A stretch of 64,000 nt of DNA from contig NC_083292.1 in NCBI RefSeq assembly GCF_963506605.1, positions 34,658,001-34,722,000 of the forward strand, read 5' to 3'. The notes under the pieces were generated by a model. The model ran no database searches, was not told the DNA's origin, and worked only from the letters and a program-made list of their open reading frames with translations. Positions 51,996 to 64,000 of this stretch are shown piece by piece. This stretch comes from Zootoca vivipara. Lineage: Eukaryota. A program made the translations under genes and the position numbers. The first letter of the stretch is position 1, and every line of letters starts with the position of its first letter.

Positions 51996-52297
51996 CAGTG
52001 GCGGAGGAACCTTCTCTGGCACCCGGGGCGGGAGGCCGAGGGGTGGGGCAAACCGCTCGGTGACACACGTGTGACGTCTGTACGGAGTGAGCATGTGTGG
52101 CATCGCATACGGAGTGCGCATGCGCGGCAGCCCGTACGGTTGCGGTGCGAGAGGCAGCCTGTACGGATGCCTGTATGGACTGCGTGTGCCCTTGGCCGCT
52201 CCACAGCTGGGGGGAGGCAGGGGCCATATTGTCACCCTGCCCCCAAGTGGCACCCGGGGCAGACCACCCCCTCCGCCCCCCACTTTGTACGCCCCTG
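51996..52297. mobile_element. GC-rich hAT (Tip100-like) MITE, TSD GGTGGAAC
   Basis: CAGTGGCG...CGCCCCTG termini, perfect 8-bp TSD and repeated GTACGG motifs. Confidence 0.85.
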
Positions 52298-55200
52298 GGT
52301 GGAACCAGTTGCCATCTCTCAGCCCAACCTACCTCACAGGGTTGTTGTGAAGGTAAAATGGGGAGAACCGTGTATATGGTGTCTTCAGCTCCCTGGAGGA
52401 ACAGGTGGGATCTAAATGCCATCATAAAGAAAAAAAATGAAGACAATATCGGGAGGTATTTTGAAAGAAGCAACTACAATTGTCCTTCCTTTTGCAATAA
52501 GTTTACAACGGTTTTTGAATGGCGCTGTGAATCTCCAACACTCTTATTAAAGCTGCCTTTTTAGGCAGGTATATTGTGCAGGATGAGCCCCCAGATATTT
52601 TTCTAAATGCTCCCAGTGAAAGTGATGTGGAGGGAGAGGGGAGAGATTCCTGGGTAGGATATTTTAAGAATTCATTTCAGATAATGAATGGATATAATTG
52701 AAGTGGGGGGGGGGAGATTTGATCTGAAGCAGGATCTGTTCCAAAATTAACCTGGAGTCAATGAACTGAAGAACTGATTTGGTGGTGATCTGAGGTGTTG
52801 TGGCAGGTTAATTGATTTGGATGGGGGTCTCGGTTGTCTTGCCACCTGTCGCTTTTTAATTCTGAAATTTGCATATATACCTACAAACCAGCGTTTGTAC
52901 CTTTTTGCATCCCAGATATTTGCCCCTTCCTGTTTAAATCTTGTGATTTACCGCAAAGAAGGGCTGGGGGGGGGGTCAGTTTTGCATGGAGGGATAAAAG
53001 CTCGCTCCCTTTCTGTGGAAACCTTGATGCAAATGGCAATGCTTGCAGAAGCACACAACCCTTCCGTACGAAAGCAAAGGAGTTGTCCAAGGATGCAAAT
53101 CAAGGATGCAAATTCATGTTTCCCTTCTTTGGATTCAGAAGTCTGGAGTTGGTACTGTGCCAGTCCTGTCTCTGGTCTCCTCCCCCCTCCCCCAGTGCAC
53201 ACGAAACCGCGAGTCTCCGGGTGTTCAAAAAACGAGTAAGGTGGGATGAATCATCCTAGTAAGGGGCATAGCTCAGTGGCAGAATCTCTGCCTTGTAAGC
53301 AGAAGGTCCCAGGCTGAAATCTTGGAAAGCTGCTGCCAGTCAGAGCAGACAGTGCCGAGCTAGATGGACCCAGTGGTCTGACTCAGCCTATGAACCCACA
53401 ACCGAGAGCTGCATCCCTTTTTGCAAGGGTGGGGGGCAAGACTTCCTTCCACACCGCTTCCCTTGCAGCCTGGCACTCTGTCTCCATGCCAGGGTGTGGC
53501 GCCTCGGGGCAAAGGGTGGGAGTAGCTCCATCACGAGGAGGGTGACTCAGCCTTGCAAAACTTTGGGCAGCGGAGACTGAAGGAATCGCTCGGAGGAACA
53601 CACATAAACAAAACACACACACTGTAATCGCAGCGCCCATCCCAGCTGCCTCGGGCCTGGCCTGCCACAGGGGAAAGCAAGCAAAGCCGCTGCCATCTGG
53701 AAAGAGGCAGAAAAGCTGGACCTCAAACTCGCAGGCTTCAGAAGCTCTGAATGGTTTTCTTGCCCGGCCAGGAAAAATTGAAACCAGCTTTCTTTGCAAA
53801 GGTCCTTTCAGTGGGTGGACTGCGCAGATACCTCTGTCCCTTCAGCCCAGTAAAAAAGACAGGAAGCCTTTTTTCCGTTCAAGGGCCGGATTTCCTCCAA
53901 AGGAACATTCCAGGGGCCACCTGTCAGTGGCCGATGGATCCAGGGGCAAAGGAGGGCAGAGCGAGGGCTGTAAATGTTGCTAATGTTTCTACCCACACCT
54001 TTTTGCCCTCCAGATGTCCACGCAAGAGGCACAGTCGGAGTTCAAGGACACATCCCAGCAAAGCAAAGATACTTGAGGAGGGTGACGAGGAAGACCACTG
54101 GGGGGGGGGTGGCCTGGGAAGAGTCCCAAGGGCCAGGCAGAGAGGTCTGGGCCCCTCCCTACACCTGACCCCTTGGGCCTGAGCTCCCCTATCCTTGTCT
54201 TAGTAGATGAGGAGGAAGTTTAATTCAATTTTACTTGACTTCCTTTATCTGGGTTCTGAGTTCCTGTCCCAGCTTAGAGGGCCTCTTATTCAGAGGTAGA
54301 CTGCCTTTGCTCCTGGAGGCTTCGTCCCTAACTAGCTGGGCTATTAGCCTAAGCAGAGCTCTGCTGGGTCAGACCAAAGGCCCAACTAGCCCAGCATCTG
54401 TCACCCACAGCAGCGAGCCAGATGCCCCAGTGGGGAAGCCCCTAAGCATGAGAGCAATCAGCCTCTCCTGCTATTGTCCCCCCAGTGATGGGTCTTCAAC
54501 AGTAGAGTGTCACTGTCCACAGAGGGTTTATTTAACAATTGTGTCTGGTAATTGTATCAGCACTACCTCCTGATGAGCAGTAATAATAACAGTCACCATC
54601 ATCTTTTAAAGCTATTGACCATCCCAGCCTCTTGTGGCAGTGAGTTCCACAAGTCAACAGGATTAATTTGAGGGGTGAGATGGGAATGGAATACTGGCCA
54701 AGTCCTAAATCTCATTGCTGCTCGATTTCACCAGTTGATATTGAGTTCAAGCCTCAGGATGGAGGTACTGACCCCCTCCACCTGTTGATTTTCTGCTTCT
54801 TTTCACAGAACCATAGGAAGGGACACCAAGAGTCATCTAGTCCAGCCCCCTGCGATGCAGGAATTCCTGCCGGTGTCTTGCAGCGCTGGGCCGCTCCATA
54901 AGTCAAAGCTGCAACTTTATGCCTTTTGAATCTTTTGCCATTCAAAGCTACATTTTTTATGCAGCTTAAACAAATCAATACTTGCATCTTCTCAAGGGCG
55001 CCGTTTGGGGCCGGAGTGTATTTTGCCCTTGGATCAAGGCTGCTTGCACAAACTTGCAGACCTTAGTTCTCTGAGCTGCACACATGATGGGCAGCTAGAC
55101 ATTTATTTAGCTGCACACACAGGCACACAACCCCTTTTGTCTTCTTGTCACACTCTGTCCCGTGCCCGACTCTCGAATCCTCTCTGCCTTTCCCGTCGCC

Positions 55201-57595
55201 CAGCACATCAGAGTAGCTGTCTGCATTGTCCGATGGCCAGTCACCCGTAAAACAGGCCCCGATTTCAGCAGCAAAGACCGGTGACTCCCGAAACAAGCAA
55301 CCTCAGCCCGGTGGGAAATCACCCACCTTCTGGAACCTGTCTGCGTCCTGCTCAGAGTAGACCTACTGGGGCAACGGGCATGACAAAATCAAGTTGGCGA
55401 GGCTCATTTCAAAACAGCGAGAACCTGAGCTTTTAGTGTCAGTTGGCACGGTCCTCCGGAACTCTTTGCCACTAGAGATTTAGCGGGCGCCTTTCTGTGC
55501 CAGCTTTTAAATACCCGCTGGAAACTTTTTCTATTCCGCAACTTCATTCTGCCGGTTAAGAATGCATCCTTCGACAATGGTGAATTAATACCTGTTTTCG
55601 TGGTTATCGTACTGCATAGATTCTACATCTTATTGCTGTAAAGAGCTTTGATATCTTTTTTGAATCCTCAAATGGCGTTGTGGTATATAAATAAATAAAG
55701 CAGCTGTTTGGTCTACTTTGAGTAAGAACATAAAGAGTAAGAGCCCTGGTGGATCAGGGCCTATCTAGTCCAGCATCCTGTTCTCACAGTGGCGAACCAG
55801 GATGCCGCTATGAAAAGGCCCGTAAGCAGGATCCGAGTTCAAGAGCAGCTCTCCCCTCCTGTGGTTTCCAGCAACTGGAATTCAGAAGCATCGCTGCCTC
55901 TGATCGCGAGGGCAGACCATAGCCAGTGTGGCTGGGAGCCATCGATAGCCCACTCCTCCGTGAATTTATCTAAGCCTCTTATAAAGTCATCTTTGATAAT
56001 AAAATTTAATAATAAAATTATGATGATCATAATTATCTGTTAGGACTTAGTGGGCAAGAGGTTTGGATCAATATTTTAATCAGTTTTTTCTCAGTTTCTC
56101 ACCCCCCACCCCAAATTCTGGTCTTTTCTCCACATTTCCACATCTGTCTATTGTTATTGTTACTGCTGCTGCTGTTATTATTGTTGTTGTTGTTCTTGTT
56201 ATTGTTGTTAACCAATCCTTATGAAAATTCGCCAGCATTTCAGTGCCTCTTTCTCCTGAAAAAACTCATGGTTTTATTGTTTTTGTGAGGGGGAAAGAGT
56301 ACAGAGAGCCCCCCCCATCTTGAGGAGCAGCTCCTCCACCAGCAGCAGAGCCAGCAGGGAGGGGGAAGAGTCCAGTGGGGAAGGAGGAAGTAGGAGACAG
56401 GGCTCTGGCAGGATAGCAGAGCCTCTGCTGCACTTGGGAGAGGAAGAGAGAGCGGGGGAAAGGGGGGAGAAGGAAAACATGGAAAGGAGACCCTTTTCCC
56501 CTCCGGTTCCGGAATTACGCAGGAGGAAACGCGGGAGGAGATTTGGGGTGCCCAGACTCTTATGTTGGAAGAAAACGCCATTCCAGGGTTCTGGGTCAGA
56601 CTAAGAACATGTATCCTGTACAGCTCTAGCACTGTAAATAGCCTGCACACAATAAAAGCATGAAAAGGCAACGGTCTGGAGAGTCGTTACTCTAGAGTAG
56701 TCGCAACCCATCGCCGGTGACAGTTTTGTTTTTTTGCAATTTGTGTGCAGTTTTCCTTAAGATGTACATTAGGCCGGTAACATTTCCCCTAAAATAATGG
56801 ATTATTCTGCGTCGTTTTCACTGGCAAGCCCATTTTTTATGCACAAGTAACGTTGCCCAAATATATGCATTTTTGTGTGCATGATGGGGCATGGCAAAAT
56901 TCGAGGAACCGAGGGCTTTGGAAGGCGGCTGCCTTTTAGTTTGCCTAGGGTTTCAGAAAGCACAAATTAGGGGGGAAAGAAAGAAAGCACAAATAAGGTA
57001 AAGTTGCCTTTAAATGCACACACCTCACCCACCCACCCCCCACTTCTCTCCCCAGACATTGTTAGACTCTGACTCCCCACAGCTGCAAAAACTCTTCAGT
57101 TCCTTGATGTTTGAAGATCTTCTCGGGGCTAGGAAGAAACAAACCTGCGGCTTTTTCTTTATTTCCCTACATCTGTCATGCATGCAGGCAAATTTATGGG
57201 TGTGTTCCCATTTCTCGTTAAATCAGGCCAGCCAGATCTTGCATTGGGGGTCAGGAAACGGGCAGCCAAACAGCAATTAGAAAATAATTGATCCAGGGGA
57301 AAGTTTGCCTCTGCTGCGTTTGAATGCAAACAGTGGAATCCTCTAACACGTTTACTGCTGAAGCCCCACCAAGTTCAGTGGGGCTCACTGCCAGGCAAGT
57401 GTGTTTATGGGATGCCTTCCCCCAAGCTGGTGCCTTCCAGCTGTTTTGGAGTACAGCTCAGTCGGTAGAGCACGAGACCCTCAGGGTTGCAGGTTTGAGG
57501 ACCATGTCGGGCAAAAGGTTCCTTCATTACGGGGGGTTGGACTAGATGACCCTCGGGACCCTTCCAGCTTTACAATTCTATGATTCTGTGATGGA

Positions 57596-58043
57596 CAGGG
57601 CTGGATTTAGGTTTGAGGAGGCCCTAAACTACTGAAGGTAATGGGGCCCTTTATATGTCCGGCTGTCCTTTGTCAACAACAAATTGTCGATGTTTTTTGT
57701 GTTGAATAGATGCTATATGGTAATGTATGAACCCAATAGGTATCTAAAGCCGTTTGCACGTGTTGCCCTGCAACCAGTCCATGCAGAATGTAGGCACCCT
57801 GTATATAGAAAGGAGCAAACCAGTGATATTTTAGGGAGCAGGCTAGCAGGCAGGGGCCATGACTAACATCATAGGAGCCTACACAAAACAAAACACTGTT
57901 GCTGTATGTAGGTTTTATTTTATTTGTTTTTAATCTTGTATTTTGGAAACATACACCCAGGTTTTTTTCTTCCTTTTGGGGGCCCCCAAGAGAGCAGGGC
58001 CCTAAGGTATAGCTTGTTTAGCTTATACCTAAATTTGGCACTG
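57596..58043. mobile_element. hAT (Tip100-like) MITE
   Basis: CAGGGCTGGATTTAGG...CCTAAATTTGGCACTG; TSD GTGATGGA/GTGATGGG. Confidence 0.88.
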
Positions 58044-58480
58044 GTGATGGGAGTTGTAGGCTAAAACATCAAAAGGTGCCACACACAGCCCGTTGATGGC
58101 GATTCTTTTATCCTATACTAGGATAAGACACCAGTCAGATGGGTGGCATATAAAATAATAATAATAATAATAATAATAATCACCTATAATAATACCTGTC
58201 TTAGCCTTTAGATTTTACGAGGGTGTTATTTAAAGAGTCGTCTGCTAAGCACCCAGAGGCGTGTGACGAAAATAGCCTCCAACTGGGTGCAATCCAAAAG
58301 CCCAGACGTCTATAAAAAAGGATTGGACAAATCTATGGAGGGCCAGGCTTCTCCCTGGCTACTAACATTGTGTTCTCCCTCCACGATATGCCTCTGGGCG
58401 ATGGTCCCTGGCAATCACAAGCAGGGAGAGTTGCTGGCACTCTCAGGTCCTGTTTGAGGCCTTTGCAGAGTACCGGTAAG

Positions 58481-58837
58481 CAGGGCCGTCTCTAGGCCCG
58501 GGTCTGGTGGCGCGGGGCACCAGGGCGGCAGGCCACCAGGGCGCGCCTCTCAGCTGCCCCAGGCGCGCCTCTCAGCTGTTCAGTGGCTTCAGACCGCTCT
58601 CCGGAGGCGCGCGGGTCTGGGGCCGCCTCCGCCGCGCGCAGGGGCGTCACAACAGGGGGCGGCCAGCGCCCCCTGGCCCAGGGCAGGCCCTACGGCAGGT
58701 TGGGTGGCGCAGTGCAGCTGTGCCCGCGGCAGCCGTGCTGTGCACGGCGCCCGCCCCCCCCGCCCCGCTGGGAAACGGGGTGGGGCGCCGGAGGGATCCA
58801 TCACACCACAGCGCCGGGTATGCTTAAGACGGCCCTG
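58481..58837. mobile_element. CpG-rich hAT MITE, TSD CCGGTAAG
   Basis: TIR CAGGGCCGTCT / AGACGGCCCTG and a perfect 8-bp TSD. Confidence 0.9.
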
Positions 58838-59605
58838 CCGGTAAGTACCTGGCTGGGCACTGGGAGAATGGGAAGCTAGACTAGATGGGTATTCCCAGAG
58901 ACCCCTGTAAATCCTTGAGCTTTTTTGGCCAAAGTTGTTGAGCTTGGGGTTTTTTTTGGCGGGGGCAAAATTGTGGAGCTTTTTGTTGTTGAGCTTTATT
59001 ACCCCCAAAAAACCGCACACCATGTTTTTGAGCTTTGTTGAAGGAAATTCAGCACTTCCTACACGGACTGCCGTACATCATAATCATAATCATAGTAATT
59101 TATTACTTATACCCCCGCCCATCTGGCCAGGCCTCCCCAGCCACTTTGTACGGCTTCCAACAGGATATTAAAAAACACAATAAAACATAAAACATTAAAA
59201 ACTGCCCTAAACAGGGCTGCCTTCAGTTTCCCCCGGACGTTACAGTGATTTACACCCAGACACTGTTTCCGACGGCCAAATCCGGACGTATGGCAACCCT
59301 GGGTAAACCAGTACGGGAACTGTAGCTCCGGGAGGGCAACGGGGGTGTCTCCAAACAACTCTCAGGACCCTTAACAAACTTCAGTTCCCAGGATTTATTG
59401 TGGGGAGCCATAACTGTTTAAGGTGGTAACATAGGGATTGACACCTCTGGTAGGAACGAGGCCTTGCCATTGCTTTCTTCGACCTTCAGCCACCACCATC
59501 AAGAGGATTCGTGTATCTCCTCATCCACACACATACACGCTCCTAATTTCGCCCAGAATCACCATCCCAACCATCTGTGTGCCTCTTCCTTCTGTATAAG
59601 GTACA

Positions 59606-60239
59606 GTAAAGGTAAAGGTACCCCTGACCATTAGGTCCAGTCGCGGACAACTCTGGGGTTGCGGCGCTCATCTCACTTCCGGGTCATGTGGCCAGCATGA
59701 CGAAGCCGCTTCTGGCAAACCAGAACAGCACACGGAAACACCGTTTACTTTCCCGCCGGAGCGGTACCTATTTATCTACTTGCACTTTTGGGCGTGCTTT
59801 TGAACTGCTAGGTGGGCAGGAGCGACAGGAATCCCCGTCATGGGGATTCGAACTGATAGGCTCAGTGGTTTAGACCAGGCATGTCCAACAGGTAGATCGT
59901 GATCTACTGGTAGATCACTGGATGCCTGTGGTAGATCAATGGTAGATCACTGGCTCCCCCCAAAGAAGCTCAACAACTTTGGCTCCCCTAAAAAAAGCTC
60001 ATTTTTTTTTGCCCTGCACCCCCCAATGGCGTTCTCCGTCTCCCTAAAAAAAGCTTAACAACAACTTTGATCTGAATGCCTTAAAAAAGGGCCTTCCTCT
60101 TCCCCAAATAAGCTCAACAACTTTGACCTGAAACCCAAAAAAGGGGGTAGATCACTGCCAGTTTTTAACTCTGTAAGTAGATTGCAGGCTCTTGGGAGTT
60201 GGCCACCCCTGGTTTAGACCACAGCGCCACCCGCGTCCC
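59606..60239 (-). mobile_element. Sauria SINE interrupted by a hAT element
   Basis: The SINE resumes (CACAGCGCCACCCGCGTCCC) after the insertion. Confidence 0.85.
59876..60211. mobile_element. hAT MITE, TSD GTTTAGAC, inside a Sauria SINE
   Basis: CAGGCATGTCCAAC / GTTGGCCACCCCTG termini; internal GGTAGATC and AAGCTCAACAACTTT repeats. Related reverse fragment at about 58910-59040. Confidence 0.85.
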
Positions 60240-60789
60240 ATTCCCTCTGCATAGTCTGGTCCAATCCCTCCACGCTTCCGCCAAGTGAGTCAGCTCAGCT
60301 CAGCCCAGCAGCATTCAGGAGAGCAGGATGCCTGGGGAGAGGGAATGACTCACTCGGCAAACACGCACCCTCCTCGGGTTGCCAGGAGACCAGTGGGAGG
60401 CTCCTCCCCACCTCACTAGTTTTATTTGCAAACAAGGAAGGGGATTTATTTGGTCCCTCGCCGCTAGCCAGGACAAACGTCCCACTGGTCTAAAGGTTGG
60501 GCCAGCTGCTGAAACGTGTTGCTAGATCTCTCTCGCTCTACAGCCCTGCATGGAGAGGAGCTGGAGGGATCTGAACAGGGAGTGACGCATTTGGGGCGTG
60601 CTGCCCCAAGAACTTCTGCCTGCCCCTCACCGGACCACACCTGTCTTCTTACTTACAACCTGTTTAGGTGGCAACCTTGGCTGCCAGCTCCCCCCCCCCT
60701 CCTTTGTCTCGACATTGCCATTTGTAGAACTCAACAGGGAGGACATACGCACCCTGCAAATGTCCTAGAAAAACTACTGGACAACTTCT

Positions 60790-61118
60790 TCTTGTTGTTG
60801 TTTAGTCGTTTAGTCGTGTCCGACTCGTCGTGACCCCATGGACCAGAGCACGCCAGGCACTCCTGTCTTCCACTGCCTCCCGCAGTTTGGTCAAACTCAT
60901 GCTAGTAGCTTCGAGAACACTGTCCAACCATCTCGTCCTCTGTCGTCCCCTTCTCCTTGTGCCCTCAGTCTTTCCCAACATCAGGGTCTTTTCCAGGGAG
61001 TCTTCTCTTCTCATGAGGTGGCCAAAGTATTGGAGCCTCAGCTTCAAGATCTGTCCTTCCAGTGAGCACTCAGGGCTGATTTCCTTCAGAATGGATAGGT
61101 TTGATCTTCTTGCACTCC
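60790..61118 (-). mobile_element. BovB 3' fragment
   Basis: KLRLQYFGHLMRREDSLEKTLMLGK ORF and a CAA tail. Confidence 0.9.
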
Positions 61119-61204
61119 ATTAAAAATAATAATACTGTAAACCACACCCTGTGATCCTCTGATGAAGGACGGTATAGAAATTGAATAAATAAATAAATAA
61201 GCAT

Positions 61205-61236
<32 letters not shown>

Positions 61237-62455
61237 ACAAACAAATTTGAAAGGGTGCGAGCATCTAGCTCTCATTTTAAAAGTTTTTCCAATGCTGGAA
61301 GCCATTTCAGAACGGATGTTGGAATGAGCATCTCAGAGGGAGCGATTGGCTGGCCTGTGCTACCACCGTGTGTTGACCATCGCCCACTGCAGGAGTCTTG
61401 TGATGTGTGTGTGTGTGTGTGTGTTGCACATTCCACAGGGGAGGCCCTTTGAGGCCCCCCTGTGTCTTTGCCAGCTCCCTCTGCTGCCCTCTGGTGCTCA
61501 GGACGCAGAAGTGCATGAACATGCATTTCTGTTCAATGCAGTCGTCATTCCGGCTCTCTTAACGGGGCTTAGGAAAGGGATGGCCCTGCAGGTGTTGTCG
61601 GGACACATCCCTGATCATGGGCCATCCTGGCTGACGGGTTAGATGGGAGTTGGAGTCAAACACCACCAGGAGAGTCACAGTTTTCTCCATCTATTAGTTA
61701 GCAGTTGTGTGAAAAGCGGGTTCCAGATCTGGTCCCCAGATGTTGTTGACCTTTTGGGACTTCTTAGTTTAGAGAAATGATGACAGAAGTCTATAAAAAT
61801 TATTCTTACAAAAGTTGGGTGCCCCTCTCTCTGCCGAGTGGTGGCAAGAGCCCATGGGGTCCTGGGCACACACATAGGGTCTGTGCAACAGCAATAAAAA
61901 CAAGAACAACAACAATTTATCCCCCCCCCCATCTGCCCGGGTTTCCCCAGACACTCTGGGTGGCTCCCAACAGAATATTAAAAACACGATAAAACACCAA
62001 ACATTAAAAACTTCCCTAAACAGGGCTGCCTTCAGGTGTCTTCTAAAAATCAGGTAGTTGTTTATTTCCTGGACATCTGACAGGAGGGTGCCACTACCAA
62101 GAAGGCCCTCTGCCTGGCTCCCTGTAGCTTCACTTCTCGCTGTGAGGGAACCACCAGAAGGCCCTCGGAACTGGACCTCGGTGTCTGGGCTGAACGATGG
62201 GGAACTGAGACACAGCGGAGACTGTTGTGGCTTTAAGAAATATGGTTTATTCACAGATTTACACATCCAGTCTGCACGGAGGGGGTCCAGATCTTACAGC
62301 ATGGTTACCTCAAGAGGAGTTTGTTCCCCACAGTAGTGTAGCACTTCAGTCCAAGACATCGCCTAATCTCCTTTATTCCGTTTCATTCTAATGGTCCATT
62401 CTTTTGATGCTTTTAAGTACTAATGTTTAATCCCCCCAGGTGGCAGCTAGCCTGA

Positions 62456-62690
62456 TGTTATGTACTGAGCTTGGAGACTAGAACAACAGGCAGGTAGGAT
62501 CCTAGAATGCAACAATCTGATTGGCCTGCAGTAGCAGCCCGATCAGGCTCCAGGAGGGAAGCAGAATCAACCAATCAGACGGGACTCATTGTGTAAATAA
62601 TGTACGGTATATAAAGCCTGAGGTTTGGGGGGGGAATTTCATACACTGTTATACGAGCTGCAATAAAGACCTTGAAATCACTACGTGACA
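62456..62690 (+). mobile_element. Probable solo Gypsy-type LTR related to the 6939-7289 LTR
   Basis: Begins TGTTATGTACTGAG (vs TGTTGTGTACTGAG) and ends TGAAATCACTACGTGACA (vs TGAAATCAC..ACGTCACAACA). Contains CCAAT boxes, TATATAAA and AATAAA. No clean TSD. Confidence 0.6.
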
Positions 62691-62766
62691 CTTGTTGATT
62701 GACTAGGATTAAAGAATGGTATACATAAATCTTTTGCATACCTATTGAATATCCAAATTAACTTTT

Positions 62767-63232
62767 GTTGTTGTTGTTTAGTCGTTTAGTCATGTCCGAC
62801 TCTTCATGACCCCATGGACCATAGCACGCCAGGCACTCCTGTCTTCCACTGCCTCCCGCAGTTTGGTCAGACTCATGTTGGTGGCTTCGAGAACACTGTC
62901 CAACCATCTCGTCCTCTGTCGTCCTCTTCTCCTAGTGCCCTCCATCTTTCCCAACATCAGGGTCTTTTCCAGGGAGTCTTCTCTTCTCATGAGGTGGCCA
63001 AAGTATTGGAGCCTCAGCTCCACGATCTGTCCTTCCAGGGAGCACTCAGGGCTGATCTCCTTCAGAATGGATAGGTTTGATCTTCTTGCAGTCCATGGGA
63101 CTCTCAAGCGTCTCCTCCAGCACCATAATTCAAAAGCATCAATTCTTCGGTGGTCAGCCTTCTTTATGGTCCAGCTCTCACTTCCATACATCACTACTGG
63201 GAAAACCATAGTTTTAACTATACGGACCTTTA
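62767..63232 (-). mobile_element. BovB 3' fragment
   Basis: 139-aa ORF VFPVVMYGSESWTIKK...WRAMVHGV. Confidence 0.9.
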
Positions 63233-63585
63233 CCTAGGTTAATTAACTGTTCACATGCTCATTGCTGATGCTCAGAAGTACCGGTAGGTCCACCCATTCA
63301 AATACACAGTGGATCTTTATTACATTCTCACAGTCTTTACATATAAACACCTCAGCCCCCTTGCATAACCCCTTTCTAAGACACATTGAAACTGTCTTAG
63401 AACATATTCCAGTTATAACACATGAGTTCTAATTAAATCCTAATATTTACCATACCTAAACATTTAGCGCTGCAGATCGATTCCATTATGCACGTCATGG
63501 AGGAAGCGGATAGAGAAAAGATGTTCTTTCCCCTCTCGCTTAACACTAAAATTTGTGGAAATCCAGTGAAGATGTTGGAAGTTTA

Positions 63586-63872
63586 AAGCTAAAGGGACCC
63601 CTGACCATTAGGTCCAGTCGCGGACCACTCTGGGGTTGTGGCGCTCATCTTGCTTTATAGGCCAAGGGAGCCGGCATACAGCTTCTGGCAAACCAGAGCA
63701 GCACACGGAAACACCGTTTACCTTCCCGCCGGAGCGGTGCCTATTTATCTACTTGCACTTTGACATGCTTCCAAACTGCTAGGTTGGCAGGAGCAGGGAC
63801 TGAGCATGGGGAGCTCACTCCATTGCGGGGATTCAAACCGCTGACCTTCTGATCGGCAAGCCCTAGGCTCTG
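63586..63872 (-). mobile_element. Sauria SINE (partial)
   Basis: Same family sequence as the other copies. Confidence 0.85.
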
Positions 63873-64000
63873 AAGGGCCTCATGACAAGGTGATTATTTT
63901 TCTGTTGCACATCCAACCTTGGGACTTAGCTCTAGGATGATTGCTAGCAGCAAGGCACAAATCCTGGGAGCATCAAACAGCTGTGGACCCTCCTCATAAG

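Noticed and set aside
51885-52564. Cluster of overlapping 100-190 aa ORFs (likewise 58507-59023)
   Set aside because: Due to stop-poor GC-rich MITEs bounded by 8-bp TSDs.
56274-56671. Leu-rich ORFs (LLALLLVEELLLK) as a signal peptide or S100A16 exon
   Set aside because: Low-complexity purine/pyrimidine tract with no EF-hand motifs or convincing splice structure; I found no S100A16, A5 or A6 coding exons in the window.
62214-62260. GGAGAC|TGTTGTG after an L2 fragment, mimicking the Gypsy junction at 6933-6945 and suggesting site-specific targeting of L2
   Set aside because: This sequence is internal to another repeat that matches 14270-14378 in reverse complement, so the resemblance is coincidental.

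Overview
Vertebrate genomic DNA, almost certainly a squamate reptile and probably a lacertid lizard (inferred from Sauria SINEs, BovB, CR1-tailed tRNA SINEs, L2 and hAT/Tc1-mariner MITEs). The window is part of the S100A cluster flanking the epidermal differentiation complex. I assembled by hand four complete, spliced, minus-strand S100 genes that the ORF track shows only in fragments. Each has a 141-147 nt first coding exon, a phase-0 GT-AG intron and a 165-180 nt second coding exon. They are S100A4 (101 aa), a Cys-poor S100A3-like gene (103 aa), S100A2 (101 aa), and an extra S100A4/A2-type paralogue (106 aa) with a micro-duplicated Cys/Pro/Lys tail. The order A4-A3-A2 matches the mammalian cluster; the fourth gene has no human positional counterpart. 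Downstream of S100A4 lies a Ty3/Gypsy element with an uninterrupted 1213-aa gag-pol ORF and an intact 3' LTR, but no 5' LTR or TSD, sitting seamlessly inside an L2 fragment. The rest is dense, often nested, transposon sequence with many readable TSDs. Exon and TSD coordinates were counted by hand; ends of decayed repeats are approximate. Gene names rest on remembered human sequences and synteny, not on database searches.
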